A stretch of 59,943 nucleotides of DNA, taken from sequence record SRR31156797_608; one strand, written 5' to 3'. This document shows positions 46,733 to 57,701 of the stretch, piece by piece. The translations under genes and the position numbers were made by a program. How positions within the stretch are numbered: the stretch's first letter is position 1; each line of letters begins with the position of its first letter. The notes under the pieces were generated by a model that was given only the letters and a program-made list of their open reading frames with translations, did no database searches and was not told the origin of the DNA.

Positions 46733-47965
46733 ATGAAGCAAGTAAGAAATATTTCAAGGCTGTTGATAGGTATAATGTTTATTTTTAGTGGATTTGTGAA
46801 AGCTATTGATCCATTGGGTTCTACATATAAATTCACTGATTATTTTAATGCATTTGGCATGGAATGGCTTGTTCCAGCTGCTTTATTTTTTGCTGTATTG
46901 CTTGCCGCAATTGAGTTTTTAATAGGATTTGCACTTTTAAACAATGCAATGACCAGGATAACTTCAATATTGGCCTTTGCCTTTATGGTCTTCTTTACAG
47001 GTTTAACACTGGTTTTGGCAATTTCAAATCCTGTAAGTGATTGCGGTTGTTTTGGTGATGCTATTAAGCTTACAAACTGGCAAACATTTTACAAAAACCT
47101 GATATTTCTTGTACCAACAACAATTATTTTTTGGCAACGTAAAAAGTATGAGCCTAGATTTGAGCGTGTTGGTCAAACTATCATTGTGGTTTTTGGTGCT
47201 TTAACTATTTTGTTTATTTCAAAATATAGCTACCAGCATTTACCTCTAATTGATTTTAGAGCGTATAATGTAGGTACAAATATTGAATTGGCTAAAACTG
47301 ATATATGGAATGGTGCTCCCCAACCAGAGTTTAATACAAAGATTGTTTATGAAAAAGATGGTGAGAAGAAGGCTTTCACAACTCAGAATTTACCTGATAC
47401 AACATGGACATGGGTTGAAACAATTAACGATCAGGTAAGTGAAGGCTTTTTAGCTCCTATCCAGAATTTTACAATAACTGATGAGCATAAGCAAGATGTA
47501 ACAGACATTATTATATCTGATGAATATTTCTCATTGATGTTTGTAGCTTATGATTTAGAGAAAGTGCCGGATGAAGCCATTTCTAAACTTCAAATGATTA
47601 ACGACGTTTCGCAATCTAAAGGATATAATACATTTATTGTAACTGCTTCTAATATAGATCAAGTTAGAGAGTTTGAGCAAAAAAACTCAATTATGGCTAC
47701 TTTTTATTTTGCTGATCCAATTACCTTAAAGACAATTGTAAGAAGTAATCCCGGTCTTGTTTTATTACATGATGGCCAAATTTTAAATAAATGGCATTAC
47801 AATGATTTCCCTGAGGAATACCAATTAACTGAATATGAATTATTTAAATCTCACCAGGATGCCAAATCATCCATTATAAACTGGTTATTATTTGGTTTCA
47901 TGGTTTTCTGGGTTGCTATTGTTTTACTATTTGAAGTATTTGTACTTAAATCTCGTTTTTCTTGA
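46733..47965 (+). CDS. BT_3928-family DoxX/MauE-like membrane protein
   Basis: SGFVKAIDPLG, DCGCFGDA and IVRSNPG...KWH motifs. Confidence 0.85.
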   Translation: MKQVRNISRLLIGIMFIFSGFVKAIDPLGSTYKFTDYFNAFGMEWLVPAALFFAVLLAAIEFLIGFALLNNAMTRITSILAFAFMVFFTGLTLVLAISNPVSDCGCFGDAIKLTNWQTFYKNLIFLVPTTIIFWQRKKYEPRFERVGQTIIVVFGALTILFISKYSYQHLPLIDFRAYNVGTNIELAKTDIWNGAPQPEFNTKIVYEKDGEKKAFTTQNLPDTTWTWVETINDQVSEGFLAPIQNFTITDEHKQDVTDIIISDEYFSLMFVAYDLEKVPDEAISKLQMINDVSQSKGYNTFIVTASNIDQVREFEQKNSIMATFYFADPITLKTIVRSNPGLVLLHDGQILNKWHYNDFPEEYQLTEYELFKSHQDAKSSIINWLLFGFMVFWVAIVLLFEVFVLKSRFS

Positions 47966-49053
47966 TACAAAAAACATTCAATCAAATAGGTTATACCATT
48001 TTGGTTTTGTTTGGTGTGATTACCCTGGTTTTTTTTCTATTTATTGTATTACCTGGTGATCCGGCCCAAATGATGGTAGGCCAACGTAGTGATGTCGAAA
48101 CCCTCCAAAATATTAGGACTGAATATGGTTTTGATCAACCAGTCTATAAACAGTATTTTCTATATTTGAATGATTTGTCGCCACTATCATATTTTGATGA
48201 CGATTTAACAGGCTTTGCTCCCAACTCCAATCGTTATCATTCATACTTAACACTTATTCCGCTTGGAAAACACAGAAAAATAATACTAAAATTTCCTTTT
48301 TTAAGAAATTCTTATCAAAGTAAACAGCCCGTAAATAGCATTATTCATAAGGCTTTACCTCAAACTTTAATTTTAGCTTTTGTGAGTATTCTCTTAGCCG
48401 CCCTAATTGGAATATTCTTGGGCGCATTGGCTGCATATTTTAAGGGAACGTTTTTTGATAAAAGTATTGTTTCTGTATCCGCTTTGGGCATGAGCCTTCC
48501 ATCCTTTTTTGCTGCAATATTAATTGGTTGGCTATTTGCATATGTATTATCCAATTACACACATTTAAATTTAACAGGAAGCCTTTACGAAATTGACCCC
48601 TTAACAGGTGAGAAAAGCCTGGCATTAAAGAATATTATTTTACCTGCAATTACACTAGCTGTTAGGCCATTAAGTGTTTTTATCCAATTAACCAGAAATA
48701 GTCTATTACAGGAGGTATCTAGCGATTATTTTATTACAGCATTAGCAAAAGGAAATAGGCGTACAAATGCCATTAAAAATCATGCGTTAAAAAACGCCTT
48801 AAACCCTGTTATTACAGCTATCTCCGGTTGGTTCGCCTCTATGTTGGCAGGCGTTGTTTTTGTAGAATTTATATTTGGATGGAAAGGTTTGGGTGAGCTT
48901 TTAGTCAATGCGTTAAATAATTATGATTTTCCTATCGTAATGGGTTGCATTCTAACCATAGCTTTCCTATTTTTATTGATTAATATACTGGTTGATATCG
49001 TTTATACATGGATTGATCCACGAATACGTTATCAGACCGCTAAAACTGAATAA
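47962..49053 (+). CDS. ABC transporter permease, OppB/DppB family (TTG start)
   Basis: PGDPA, EAA-like loop TALAKG...HALKNAL, VEFIFGWKGLG and DPRIR motifs. Confidence 0.88.
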   Translation: MIQKTFNQIGYTILVLFGVITLVFFLFIVLPGDPAQMMVGQRSDVETLQNIRTEYGFDQPVYKQYFLYLNDLSPLSYFDDDLTGFAPNSNRYHSYLTLIPLGKHRKIILKFPFLRNSYQSKQPVNSIIHKALPQTLILAFVSILLAALIGIFLGALAAYFKGTFFDKSIVSVSALGMSLPSFFAAILIGWLFAYVLSNYTHLNLTGSLYEIDPLTGEKSLALKNIILPAITLAVRPLSVFIQLTRNSLLQEVSSDYFITALAKGNRRTNAIKNHALKNALNPVITAISGWFASMLAGVVFVEFIFGWKGLGELLVNALNNYDFPIVMGCILTIAFLFLLINILVDIVYTWIDPRIRYQTAKTE

Positions 49054-49055
49054 TT

Positions 49056-49808
49056 ATGAGAAAAATGATTGTTGCCGGTAACTGGAAAATGAATACCGAT
49101 ATTAATGAAGCTAAAAGTTTAGCTCAAGATCTAAAAGAACAACTCAAAAACTATAATGGAGATAAGGAAATTATTGTTGCCCCTCCATATACGAATATGT
49201 CTGAAGTTGGATCTATTATCGCAGATTCACCTATTCGCTTATCGTCTCAAAACTGTGCATCTGAAGCTTCGGGAGCTTACACTGGTGAAGTATCTGTTTC
49301 AATGATCAAATCTATTGGAGCTGATGCTGTGATTATTGGCCATAGCGAGCGTAGAGAATACTTTAAGGAAGATGACAATACGCTATTTAAAAAGCTAAAA
49401 CTGACACTTGAAGCTGGTTTACAACCTATCTTTTGTTTTGGTGAAGTACTGGAAGAAAGAGAATCCGGAAAGCATGAAGATACTGTGAAATCTCAACTAT
49501 CGGAAACTGTATTTAAGCTATCCGAAGATGAATTCAGTAAAGTTATATTGGCTTATGAACCTGTTTGGGCCATTGGTACCGGAAAAGTGGCAACACCTGA
49601 GCAAGCGCAGGAAATGCACGCATTTATTAGAAGTCAAATTGAAGCCAGTTTTAATGCAAGTATAGCTGATAATACTACAATTCTATACGGAGGAAGTTGT
49701 AAGCCGAGTAATGCTCAAGAATTATTCTCTCAAAAAGACGTAGATGGAGGTCTAATTGGTGGTGCTTCTTTAAAGGCTGAAGATTTTGTTGCTATTATAA
49801 ATGCATAA
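49056..49808 (+). CDS. tpiA: Triosephosphate isomerase
   Basis: AGNWKMN, IGHSERR, AYEPVWAIGTG and LIGGASL motifs. Confidence 0.98.
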   Translation: MRKMIVAGNWKMNTDINEAKSLAQDLKEQLKNYNGDKEIIVAPPYTNMSEVGSIIADSPIRLSSQNCASEASGAYTGEVSVSMIKSIGADAVIIGHSERREYFKEDDNTLFKKLKLTLEAGLQPIFCFGEVLEERESGKHEDTVKSQLSETVFKLSEDEFSKVILAYEPVWAIGTGKVATPEQAQEMHAFIRSQIEASFNASIADNTTILYGGSCKPSNAQELFSQKDVDGGLIGGASLKAEDFVAIINA

Positions 49809-49818
49809 TGCTTAAAAC

Positions 49819-50640
49819 GTGAACTATATTGAAGTAAGCATAGAACTGAATTCCTTAAAGTCTGGTTATCAGGATATTGTAATTGCAGAATTAGGAGAAA
49901 TTGGATTTGAATCCTTTATTGAAGAAGATAATGCATTAAATGCCTATATTCCAATAAAAGATTTTAATGAAAATTCGTTAGTAGATATATCCCGGTCTTA
50001 TGGTGATTTTGAATTCAATATCCGCGAAATTGAGCAGCAAAACTGGAATGCCCAGTGGGAATCGTCATTTGAGCCAATAGAGATCGGTAAGTTTTGTCGT
50101 ATACGTGCACCATTTCATGAAACTGATCAATCTTTTAAATATGAATTAGTTATTGAGCCTAAAATGTCATTCGGAACCGGGCATCATGCTACTACCCGAC
50201 TAATAATTCAATTTATGCAAAATATTGATTTTAAAGGTCAATCAGTTCTAGATATGGGTTGTGGAACCGGTGTTTTGGCTATAATGGCTAAAAAATTAAA
50301 TGCATTTGCAGTACATGGGATAGATATTGATACCTGGGCTGTTGAAAATACCATAGAAAATGCTGAACGTAATGAAGTTGAAGGATTGACAGCTGTGGTT
50401 GGCGATGCTGAGTTAATTAAAGATAATTACGACATTATATTTGCCAATATAAATCGAAATATCTTAGTGAATGATATGGAGGCATATGCAAGTCATTTAA
50501 ACAATGGAGGTTCCATTTATTTTAGTGGCTTTTATGAAAGTGATGTAGCTATTATTACTGATGCTGCAAATAAATTCGATTTGAGCTTTAAGTCCAAATT
50601 ATCAGAAGATAATTGGGCTGCCCTACATTTTAGTAAATAA
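49819..50640 (+). CDS. prmA: Ribosomal protein L11 methyltransferase
   Basis: PKMSFGTGHHATT, LDMGCGTGVL and ANINRN motifs. Confidence 0.95.
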   Translation: MNYIEVSIELNSLKSGYQDIVIAELGEIGFESFIEEDNALNAYIPIKDFNENSLVDISRSYGDFEFNIREIEQQNWNAQWESSFEPIEIGKFCRIRAPFHETDQSFKYELVIEPKMSFGTGHHATTRLIIQFMQNIDFKGQSVLDMGCGTGVLAIMAKKLNAFAVHGIDIDTWAVENTIENAERNEVEGLTAVVGDAELIKDNYDIIFANINRNILVNDMEAYASHLNNGGSIYFSGFYESDVAIITDAANKFDLSFKSKLSEDNWAALHFSK

Positions 50641-50650
50641 AGTCTGAGTT

Positions 50651-53600
50651 ATGAAAAAATTCAAATTTCGTTTTTTGTTAGTTATAACTATTTTGGCTTT
50701 TAGTGCTTTAAATAGTTTTTCTCAGTCTACTTATAAGTTTCGTTCAGATTCTATTGGTTTTTATGAAGACTTGCAGTCATTTATGGAAAACATTAAATCG
50801 GAAAAAGAAGCGACTAATAAACTTATTGAACGATTTGAATTACTCAGAGAAAAAGGCAAAATAACCGATACATTACATAACTTGTTTGTATCTACAACAA
50901 CAGCACTCGTTAGACGAAGAGCAAAAGCTTATCCTCATTTGTACCAATGGCTTAACACAACTGCAAAATATATAGAAGATGACAAAATTGGAGTAAACTT
51001 TTATGCATATCAAGAAGCCCTCCAGCGACTAATAAACAGCAGGAAAGCCCGCCTTAGGCATATATCTAGATTTATAGAAACCATTTACCAACTTACCGAG
51101 TTAAATATTATTAATAAAAATGGTTCTACCGTATGGAGAAGTGATGCTAAGGACTATACTTTTAGGTTTGAGAATGAGGACAGTTTGAGAATTAGTTTTC
51201 CATTAAGCACATTGAAGTGTAATTCTGTTCGCGACAGTATTCATGTTTATAACGCAGAAGGAGATTTCGATCCTGTAAATCGGATTTGGCGAGGAAATAC
51301 TGGAACTACATATTGGGAAAGAGCTGGTTATAGTCGAGACTCAGTATTTGCTATATATAAAAATTATAAAATTGATATGCAGTTAAGCCGATTTAAGGCT
51401 GACAGTGCGGAGTTTTATAATTTTTATTTCTATGATGAACCAATCCTGGGAGAATTAAATGATCACGTAACAGAAATTATGGAAAACAAGAAACCTTATT
51501 TTCCTGAATTTAAGTCATATAACAATAACTTCCGAATAGATGATATTTTTGATGATATCAATTATATCGGCGGATTTTACATGAGAGGTGCTCAATTATT
51601 TGGCTCAGGAAATGAAATTCGAGATGCCAGAATTGAAATGTATAGAGATGTTGAAGTGATTCGTGATGGTGACACAATTATTGATAAAATGCTTTTCATT
51701 AAAAGTAATAGTGATGTATTTGTTTTTACTGATGAGCGTATTTTGACACGTGATGCCAAGGTAGTAATGGTTTTAGGAGAAGATTCATTATATCATCCAG
51801 GTTTGCAGCTTACTTATCTTAATAAAAATAAAGAAATTACGCTATTAAGGGATGAAAATGCAACAAACATGTCAAGAAGCCCTTATTACGATACTTATCA
51901 CATGTTTGAGATTGATGCAAAAGTCGTAAAATGGAGAGTTGGTAGTGATGAAGTATTTTTTACTTCAATCAGAAATAGTGTAGTAAATAATGCAGGTTTT
52001 TCATCTTTTAATTTGTTCAACAAAAAGAATTTTGATGTTTTTCAGGGTTATGATTTCCGGCATCCATTCTTTGCTATCAGAAGTTATTTAAATAAACAAG
52101 AGCGAAGAACGTTTACAGCCAAAGAAATAGGCCTGGTAATTAAACAGCCTGAACATGAGGCAAGTAAGATGTTATTGCATATGACTTATCTTGGTTATGT
52201 TGATTATGACAACGATACAAAAAGAGGATTAGTTAAAGATAAATTTTATGATTATTTACTAAATGTTGTTGGTAAAAAAGACTATGATTTAATTAATATA
52301 CAATCAAATACAGAAGGTGATCGAGAAAATGCAATACTAAATCTAAAGGACTTGAATTTGTACGTAAATGGCGTTCCACAGGTACATATTTCAGATGCTA
52401 AAAGGGTTAATATTTTTCCAAAAAATGAAGAAATTATTCTGAAGCAAAACAGAAGCATTGATTTTGCCGGAGTAATTGAAACAGGGTATTACACATTTTT
52501 TGGTAATAATTTTCATTTCGATTATGAGCAATTTGGGGTTGTGTTGGAACACATTGACTCTCTGCAAATTAAAGTAGTTGATTATTATGACAACTTTGGC
52601 GATCCGGTATTCAAAAAAGTTCAATCAACCATTGAAAATATTACCGGTAATGTATTTATTGATGATCCCGGTAATAAATCAGGAATCAAAGATAATGCAC
52701 AATATCCAATATTTAAGTCTGCAAAAGACTCTTACGTTTATTATGATGAATCATCTATTGCAAAAGGTGTTTACACACGTGATACTTTTTATTTTAGGAT
52801 TGATCCTTATATCATTGATAGTTTGAACAGTTTTGATGCTCAGGGTATGAAATATACCGGAACATTTTATGGTGGTGAGATTTTCCCTCCTATTGATGAA
52901 GAACTACAATTACGTCCGGATAATTCTCTTGGATTTGTATATGAAACTCCTGAGCAAGGTCTTCCCGTATATAAAGGTCGAGGTCAATATTATGATACTA
53001 TCTCAATGGATAATAGAGGGTTAAAAGGATCTGGTAAACTGGAGTTTTTAACTTCAACAACTTGGGCTCAAGAATTTAAGTTCTATCCTGATACCATGCG
53101 GACTCTTGCTAATCGGTACGAAAATATTCGACAAGTTGATCCATTCCAGGGACCTGAAATACAGGCAGAAAAGCTAAATATGCTTTGGAAACAGGATATC
53201 AATAAAATGTATGCCAGCACAACTGAGATAAAGGCTATAATGTATGCCGCCCAAAGTGAGTTTAAAGGAACATTCTACATGGATAAAGACGGAGTTGAAG
53301 GTCATGGAAATTTAGCAGTTGAAAAGGGTCGTTTTAGGTCAAATAAATATGAATTTTTGGCAGATCAGATGAAAGCCAAAGTTACAGACTTTAATATTGA
53401 AGGTCTGGTGGAAGAAACATTTGCTTTAAAGGCCGATAGTATTAAAACAACACTTGATTTTCCTTCCAGAACCGCCCGTTTTGAAGCACTTTCGTCCCTT
53501 AAGCCAATGTATTTCCCTATAAATCAGTATAAAGCATACCTAAATACTTTTGAATGGGCAATTGATCAGGAAAAGTTGGCACTGAAAGGCTCTTCAGTAC

Positions 53601-55294
53601 ACAGGTTTGCAGATGGAGATCATACATTATTACCAAATCCAACAAAAAGATATCCCAGAGGAGCATTGTTTGTATCAACACACCCATTACAATATGAATT
53701 AAACTATGTCTCTCCTGAAACAGACATTGATCTTGGCAATAATTTTATTTATTCTCATAATGTGGAATTCATTGAAATAGCTGATGCGACTATTTATCCG
53801 GGAGATGGAGAATTTACAGTTAAACCTGATGCCAGATATAATACACTTCAAAAAGCAGAGATTTTGGCTAATAACGATACAAAATATCACAAGTTTTATG
53901 ATGTAACTGCCAATGTCACTTCCAGGAAAAAATATGCTGCTAGTGGTTACTATGATTATATTGATAAAAATAAAAAACCACACCAGATCAGATTTGATAT
54001 CATTAGTGTAGATAGTTCAGAACAAACTTTTGCTCGTGGAAAAATTCTTGGTGAAGATGATTTTAGTATCTCCCCTGCATTCAAATACAGAGGCGATGTG
54101 AATTTATATGCACCTGAGCAGTTTTTAAATTATAAAGGATTTTTCAACACAACCCAAACTTGCGATATGTATGGTGATTATTGGGTTAAATTTGAAGCTC
54201 AGTTGAATCCTGATGAAATATTAATACCAATTGATTCAGTAACTACAGACATCAATCAAAAACGGCTTTACAAGGGTATTATGCTGGAACATGATTCCGT
54301 ACATATTTTAAAGCGTTTTTTCACACCGCGTCATCATTATACAGACAAATACATAACTACAGCTACTGGATATTTAAGATATGATGAAAATGGTAAAAAA
54401 TATGAAATAGCCCCATTGGCTAAATTAAATAATCCTGATACTTTAATGGATTATATTGCCAACTATAGCGAGAATTGCAATATGTATGGCGAAGGTGATA
54501 TAGATTTGACCGGCGATTACGGACAAATAAAATTCAATAATCATGGTAAAGTGAATTATTTCCATGATCGCAATGAATTAATTTTGGATTTATTTTCAAC
54601 CGTTGACTTTTTCTTTACCGAGAATGCCATAAAATATATGGCCGATACATTGAAGAACTTCAAAGGTCTAAAACCTGTTAATATGCTGTCTGACAGGTAT
54701 TATGATGGAATAAGTAAGATTGTAGGAAATAAAATGACAGATCAACTCCTTAATGAACAAAAGCTATTTGGAGCATATAAGAAATTCCCGAAAGAATTAG
54801 AAAAAACGTTTGTATTTTCTAATCTTAGCCTTAAATGGAATGAAAAAGATGGAACTTTCCATTCATTTGGGGACATTGGAATTACAAGTATTCTGGATGT
54901 GCAGGTAAATAAGCATGTGAAAGGAGCTGTTCAAACAGGAACCAGCCGAACCGGTGATTATTTCTTTATTTATCTCGAGTTTAGCCCTAACTATTGGTAC
55001 TTCTTCCGCTATAAACGTGGAATTATGCTAGCTGTATCATCTGATCAGAAATTTAACGAAATGATTCAGGATTTGAAAGCTCGTGACCGTAAACAAAAAG
55101 TTGAGCGCGGAGAACCTAAATTTTACTATTACCTGGGTTCAATGACCGACAAAAATCGTTTTTTAAGCTTATTCCATGAAGCAGAGAAAGAAGATGAAGA
55201 AGTTCCTGAGGAAAATAATGGCAATCAAGACAATGGATCTGAAAATGGGTTAAACCCCAATGAAGAAGAAAATCAAAATAATGAACAGAAATAG
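50651..55294 (+). CDS. Large (1547 aa) exported beta-rich hypothetical protein
   Basis: Uninterrupted ORF with a signal peptide, aromatic/beta-rich composition and an acidic Asn-rich tail; no motif recognised. Confidence 0.85.
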   Translation: MKKFKFRFLLVITILAFSALNSFSQSTYKFRSDSIGFYEDLQSFMENIKSEKEATNKLIERFELLREKGKITDTLHNLFVSTTTALVRRRAKAYPHLYQWLNTTAKYIEDDKIGVNFYAYQEALQRLINSRKARLRHISRFIETIYQLTELNIINKNGSTVWRSDAKDYTFRFENEDSLRISFPLSTLKCNSVRDSIHVYNAEGDFDPVNRIWRGNTGTTYWERAGYSRDSVFAIYKNYKIDMQLSRFKADSAEFYNFYFYDEPILGELNDHVTEIMENKKPYFPEFKSYNNNFRIDDIFDDINYIGGFYMRGAQLFGSGNEIRDARIEMYRDVEVIRDGDTIIDKMLFIKSNSDVFVFTDERILTRDAKVVMVLGEDSLYHPGLQLTYLNKNKEITLLRDENATNMSRSPYYDTYHMFEIDAKVVKWRVGSDEVFFTSIRNSVVNNAGFSSFNLFNKKNFDVFQGYDFRHPFFAIRSYLNKQERRTFTAKEIGLVIKQPEHEASKMLLHMTYLGYVDYDNDTKRGLVKDKFYDYLLNVVGKKDYDLINIQSNTEGDRENAILNLKDLNLYVNGVPQVHISDAKRVNIFPKNEEIILKQNRSIDFAGVIETGYYTFFGNNFHFDYEQFGVVLEHIDSLQIKVVDYYDNFGDPVFKKVQSTIENITGNVFIDDPGNKSGIKDNAQYPIFKSAKDSYVYYDESSIAKGVYTRDTFYFRIDPYIIDSLNSFDAQGMKYTGTFYGGEIFPPIDEELQLRPDNSLGFVYETPEQGLPVYKGRGQYYDTISMDNRGLKGSGKLEFLTSTTWAQEFKFYPDTMRTLANRYENIRQVDPFQGPEIQAEKLNMLWKQDINKMYASTTEIKAIMYAAQSEFKGTFYMDKDGVEGHGNLAVEKGRFRSNKYEFLADQMKAKVTDFNIEGLVEETFALKADSIKTTLDFPSRTARFEALSSLKPMYFPINQYKAYLNTFEWAIDQEKLALKGSSVHRFADGDHTLLPNPTKRYPRGALFVSTHPLQYELNYVSPETDIDLGNNFIYSHNVEFIEIADATIYPGDGEFTVKPDARYNTLQKAEILANNDTKYHKFYDVTANVTSRKKYAASGYYDYIDKNKKPHQIRFDIISVDSSEQTFARGKILGEDDFSISPAFKYRGDVNLYAPEQFLNYKGFFNTTQTCDMYGDYWVKFEAQLNPDEILIPIDSVTTDINQKRLYKGIMLEHDSVHILKRFFTPRHHYTDKYITTATGYLRYDENGKKYEIAPLAKLNNPDTLMDYIANYSENCNMYGEGDIDLTGDYGQIKFNNHGKVNYFHDRNELILDLFSTVDFFFTENAIKYMADTLKNFKGLKPVNMLSDRYYDGISKIVGNKMTDQLLNEQKLFGAYKKFPKELEKTFVFSNLSLKWNEKDGTFHSFGDIGITSILDVQVNKHVKGAVQTGTSRTGDYFFIYLEFSPNYWYFFRYKRGIMLAVSSDQKFNEMIQDLKARDRKQKVERGEPKFYYYLGSMTDKNRFLSLFHEAEKEDEEVPEENNGNQDNGSENGLNPNEEENQNNEQK

Positions 55295-55305
55295 CAATTA
55301 AATAA

Positions 55306-56031
55306 ATGGAATATCATAAAACAATAACTGAGTTTTATTTTTATGCTGAATCCATTAAAAATGACAAAATAATTCTTTCAAAAGAGGAATTATCACATAT
55401 ACACAAGGTTCTTAGGATTAAACCATTAACTAGAATCATCTTAACTGATGGATTAGGTAAAGTAGCACATGCTACTATTACAGATATTTCTCATAAAGAA
55501 ATAACATTCAGTAACATAGAAGTTAAAAATGAGGTGCCTCTATCCTATCATTTAACCATTGCTATTGCACCAACAAAAAATATAAATCGTTTTGAATGGT
55601 TTATCGAAAAAGCCACAGAGATAGGTATTTCAGATATTCAACCAATACTCACAGAACATTCAGAAAGAAAGCATTTAAGATACGATCGAATTGAAAAAGT
55701 GATTATTGCAGCAATGAAACAATCAAAAAAGGCCTGGAAACCCAATATATTACCTTTAATTGAGTTTAAGGATTATGTTACAAGGTCAAGTGTTTGCGGT
55801 AAATATATGGCTTATTTAGGCGAAAAATCGCCCCATTTGCAGCATGTATCCGGACAAAATAAATGTAATATTGTCCTTATAGGTCCTGAAGGTGGTTTTT
55901 CACAAGAAGAATATTTATTGGCGAAAGAAAATCAATATCAATCTGTGAGCCTTGGTAACAGCAGACTACGTACAGAAACTGCCGGCATTGTGGCTACACA
56001 GATAATTTCAATGAATTATGATGAGAATTAA
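55306..56031 (+). CDS. rsmE: 16S rRNA m3U1498 methyltransferase
   Basis: HIHKVLR, EKATEIG, LIGPEGGFS and LRTETA motifs. Confidence 0.93.
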   Translation: MEYHKTITEFYFYAESIKNDKIILSKEELSHIHKVLRIKPLTRIILTDGLGKVAHATITDISHKEITFSNIEVKNEVPLSYHLTIAIAPTKNINRFEWFIEKATEIGISDIQPILTEHSERKHLRYDRIEKVIIAAMKQSKKAWKPNILPLIEFKDYVTRSSVCGKYMAYLGEKSPHLQHVSGQNKCNIVLIGPEGGFSQEEYLLAKENQYQSVSLGNSRLRTETAGIVATQIISMNYDEN

Positions 56032-56671
56032 AATACTTATTGTTTTAATATTTGCTACTGTTGCTCTTTTAAATGGACAACAATTACGCTTGGGGCTTTT
56101 AAAATATAATGGCGGTGGCGATTGGTATGCTAATCCTACTGCTATTCCTAATTTATCACGGTTTTGCAATCAACAGCTTAACATGAATTTAAATCCGGAA
56201 TATCTTGAAGTTGAACCAGGTAATATAGATATTTTTAATGTTCCTTTTGTGCATATGACTGGACATGGAAATGTTTATTTCTCGGAAAATGAAGCCAGAA
56301 ACCTCAGAGAATACCTTCTTTCCGGAGGTTTTCTTCATATTGATGATAATTATGGTATGGATAAGTTTATTCGAAGAGAAATAAAGAAAATATTTCCCGA
56401 TAAAACGCTCATTGAGCTACCATTTGATCATCCTATTTATCATCAGAAATATAATTTCAAAGAAGGTTTGCCAAAAGTTCATCGTCATGATGGTAACCCG
56501 CCGCAGGGTTTTGCTATTATTCACGATGATAGGGTTATACTTTTCTATTCTTACGAAAGTGACCTTGGGGATGGTTGGGAAGATCCCAGTGTGCATAACG
56601 ACAGCCCGGAGAAGCACTTAGAAGCTTTGCAAATGGGTGCAAATCTAGTTCAATACGCATTACATAATTAA
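56018..56671 (+). CDS. DUF4159 domain protein
   Basis: KYNGGGDWY, HMTGHG, GGFLHIDDNYG and DLGDGWED motifs. Confidence 0.85.
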   Translation: MMRIKILIVLIFATVALLNGQQLRLGLLKYNGGGDWYANPTAIPNLSRFCNQQLNMNLNPEYLEVEPGNIDIFNVPFVHMTGHGNVYFSENEARNLREYLLSGGFLHIDDNYGMDKFIRREIKKIFPDKTLIELPFDHPIYHQKYNFKEGLPKVHRHDGNPPQGFAIIHDDRVILFYSYESDLGDGWEDPSVHNDSPEKHLEALQMGANLVQYALHN

Positions 56672-56681
56672 AGCAATTATT

Positions 56682-57680
56682 GTGAGCAAAATACTTATCA
56701 TACAAACGGCTTTTATTGGAGATGTCATTCTTTCAACAGCGGTTGGCAAAAAACTTAATAACCATAAACCGGAATCTGAAATACACTATTTGGTTAGGAA
56801 AGGTAATGAAGGTCTCGTGGATAGTTTGCCTTTTGTCAAACATGTATGGATTTGGGATAAGAAGAATAATAAAACCCGCAATTTATTTAAGCTTTTTAGT
56901 CAAATTCGAAAAGAAAAGTACGATTACGTAATTAATCTGCAGAGATTTTTCTCCTCTGGTATATTAACCGCTTTAAGTAAAGGAAAAACGAAGATAGGTT
57001 TTAATAAAAATCCATTATCGTTTGCATTTAATAAATCAATAGATCATACCATTGGTGATGGTAATCATGAGGTGGCAAGAAACCAAATGTTAATTGCAGA
57101 TTTGACTGATAATAAGTATGTAAGGCCTGTGCTTAATATCCCATCTTCTCTACCTCCTATTACCAATCAGTTTATCAGCGAAAAGTTCATTTGCATTGCT
57201 CCTGCATCTGTGTGGTTTACTAAGCAATTCCCCATTGAAAAATGGATTGAATTCATTAAAAAGCTTCCTGAAAACTTAAAAATTGTAATGCTTGGTGCTC
57301 CAAATGATAGCGAGCTGGTTGAACAAATCAGTAAGGCATGTGCTAATTATAAGATCATAGACTTGTGTGGAAAGGTTTCACTAATAGAATCAGCTGCTGT
57401 GATGCAAAAGGCGACAATGAATTATGTGAATGATTCCGCTCCTCTTCATTTAGCCTCAGCAGTAAATGCTAATGTTAGAGCGCTTTTTTGCTCAACTATT
57501 CCAGATTTTGGATTTGGGCCATTATCTGATGATGGTAAAGTAGTCCAAATAGAAGAAAATTTAGCTTGTCGTCCATGTGGGTTACATGGTAAGAAGGAAT
57601 GCCCAATTGGTACATTTGAATGTGCCACCAAAATTGATACAAATAAGATGGCTACTGAATTAGCAGATTATTTGAAATAA
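56682..57680 (+). CDS. Glycosyltransferase family 9 (heptosyltransferase-like)
   Basis: QTAFIGDVIL, NDSAPLHLASA and CRPCGLHG motifs. Confidence 0.9.
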   Translation: MSKILIIQTAFIGDVILSTAVGKKLNNHKPESEIHYLVRKGNEGLVDSLPFVKHVWIWDKKNNKTRNLFKLFSQIRKEKYDYVINLQRFFSSGILTALSKGKTKIGFNKNPLSFAFNKSIDHTIGDGNHEVARNQMLIADLTDNKYVRPVLNIPSSLPPITNQFISEKFICIAPASVWFTKQFPIEKWIEFIKKLPENLKIVMLGAPNDSELVEQISKACANYKIIDLCGKVSLIESAAVMQKATMNYVNDSAPLHLASAVNANVRALFCSTIPDFGFGPLSDDGKVVQIEENLACRPCGLHGKKECPIGTFECATKIDTNKMATELADYLK

Positions 57681-57701
57681 GAAGATTTCATCAATCTCAC
57701 A

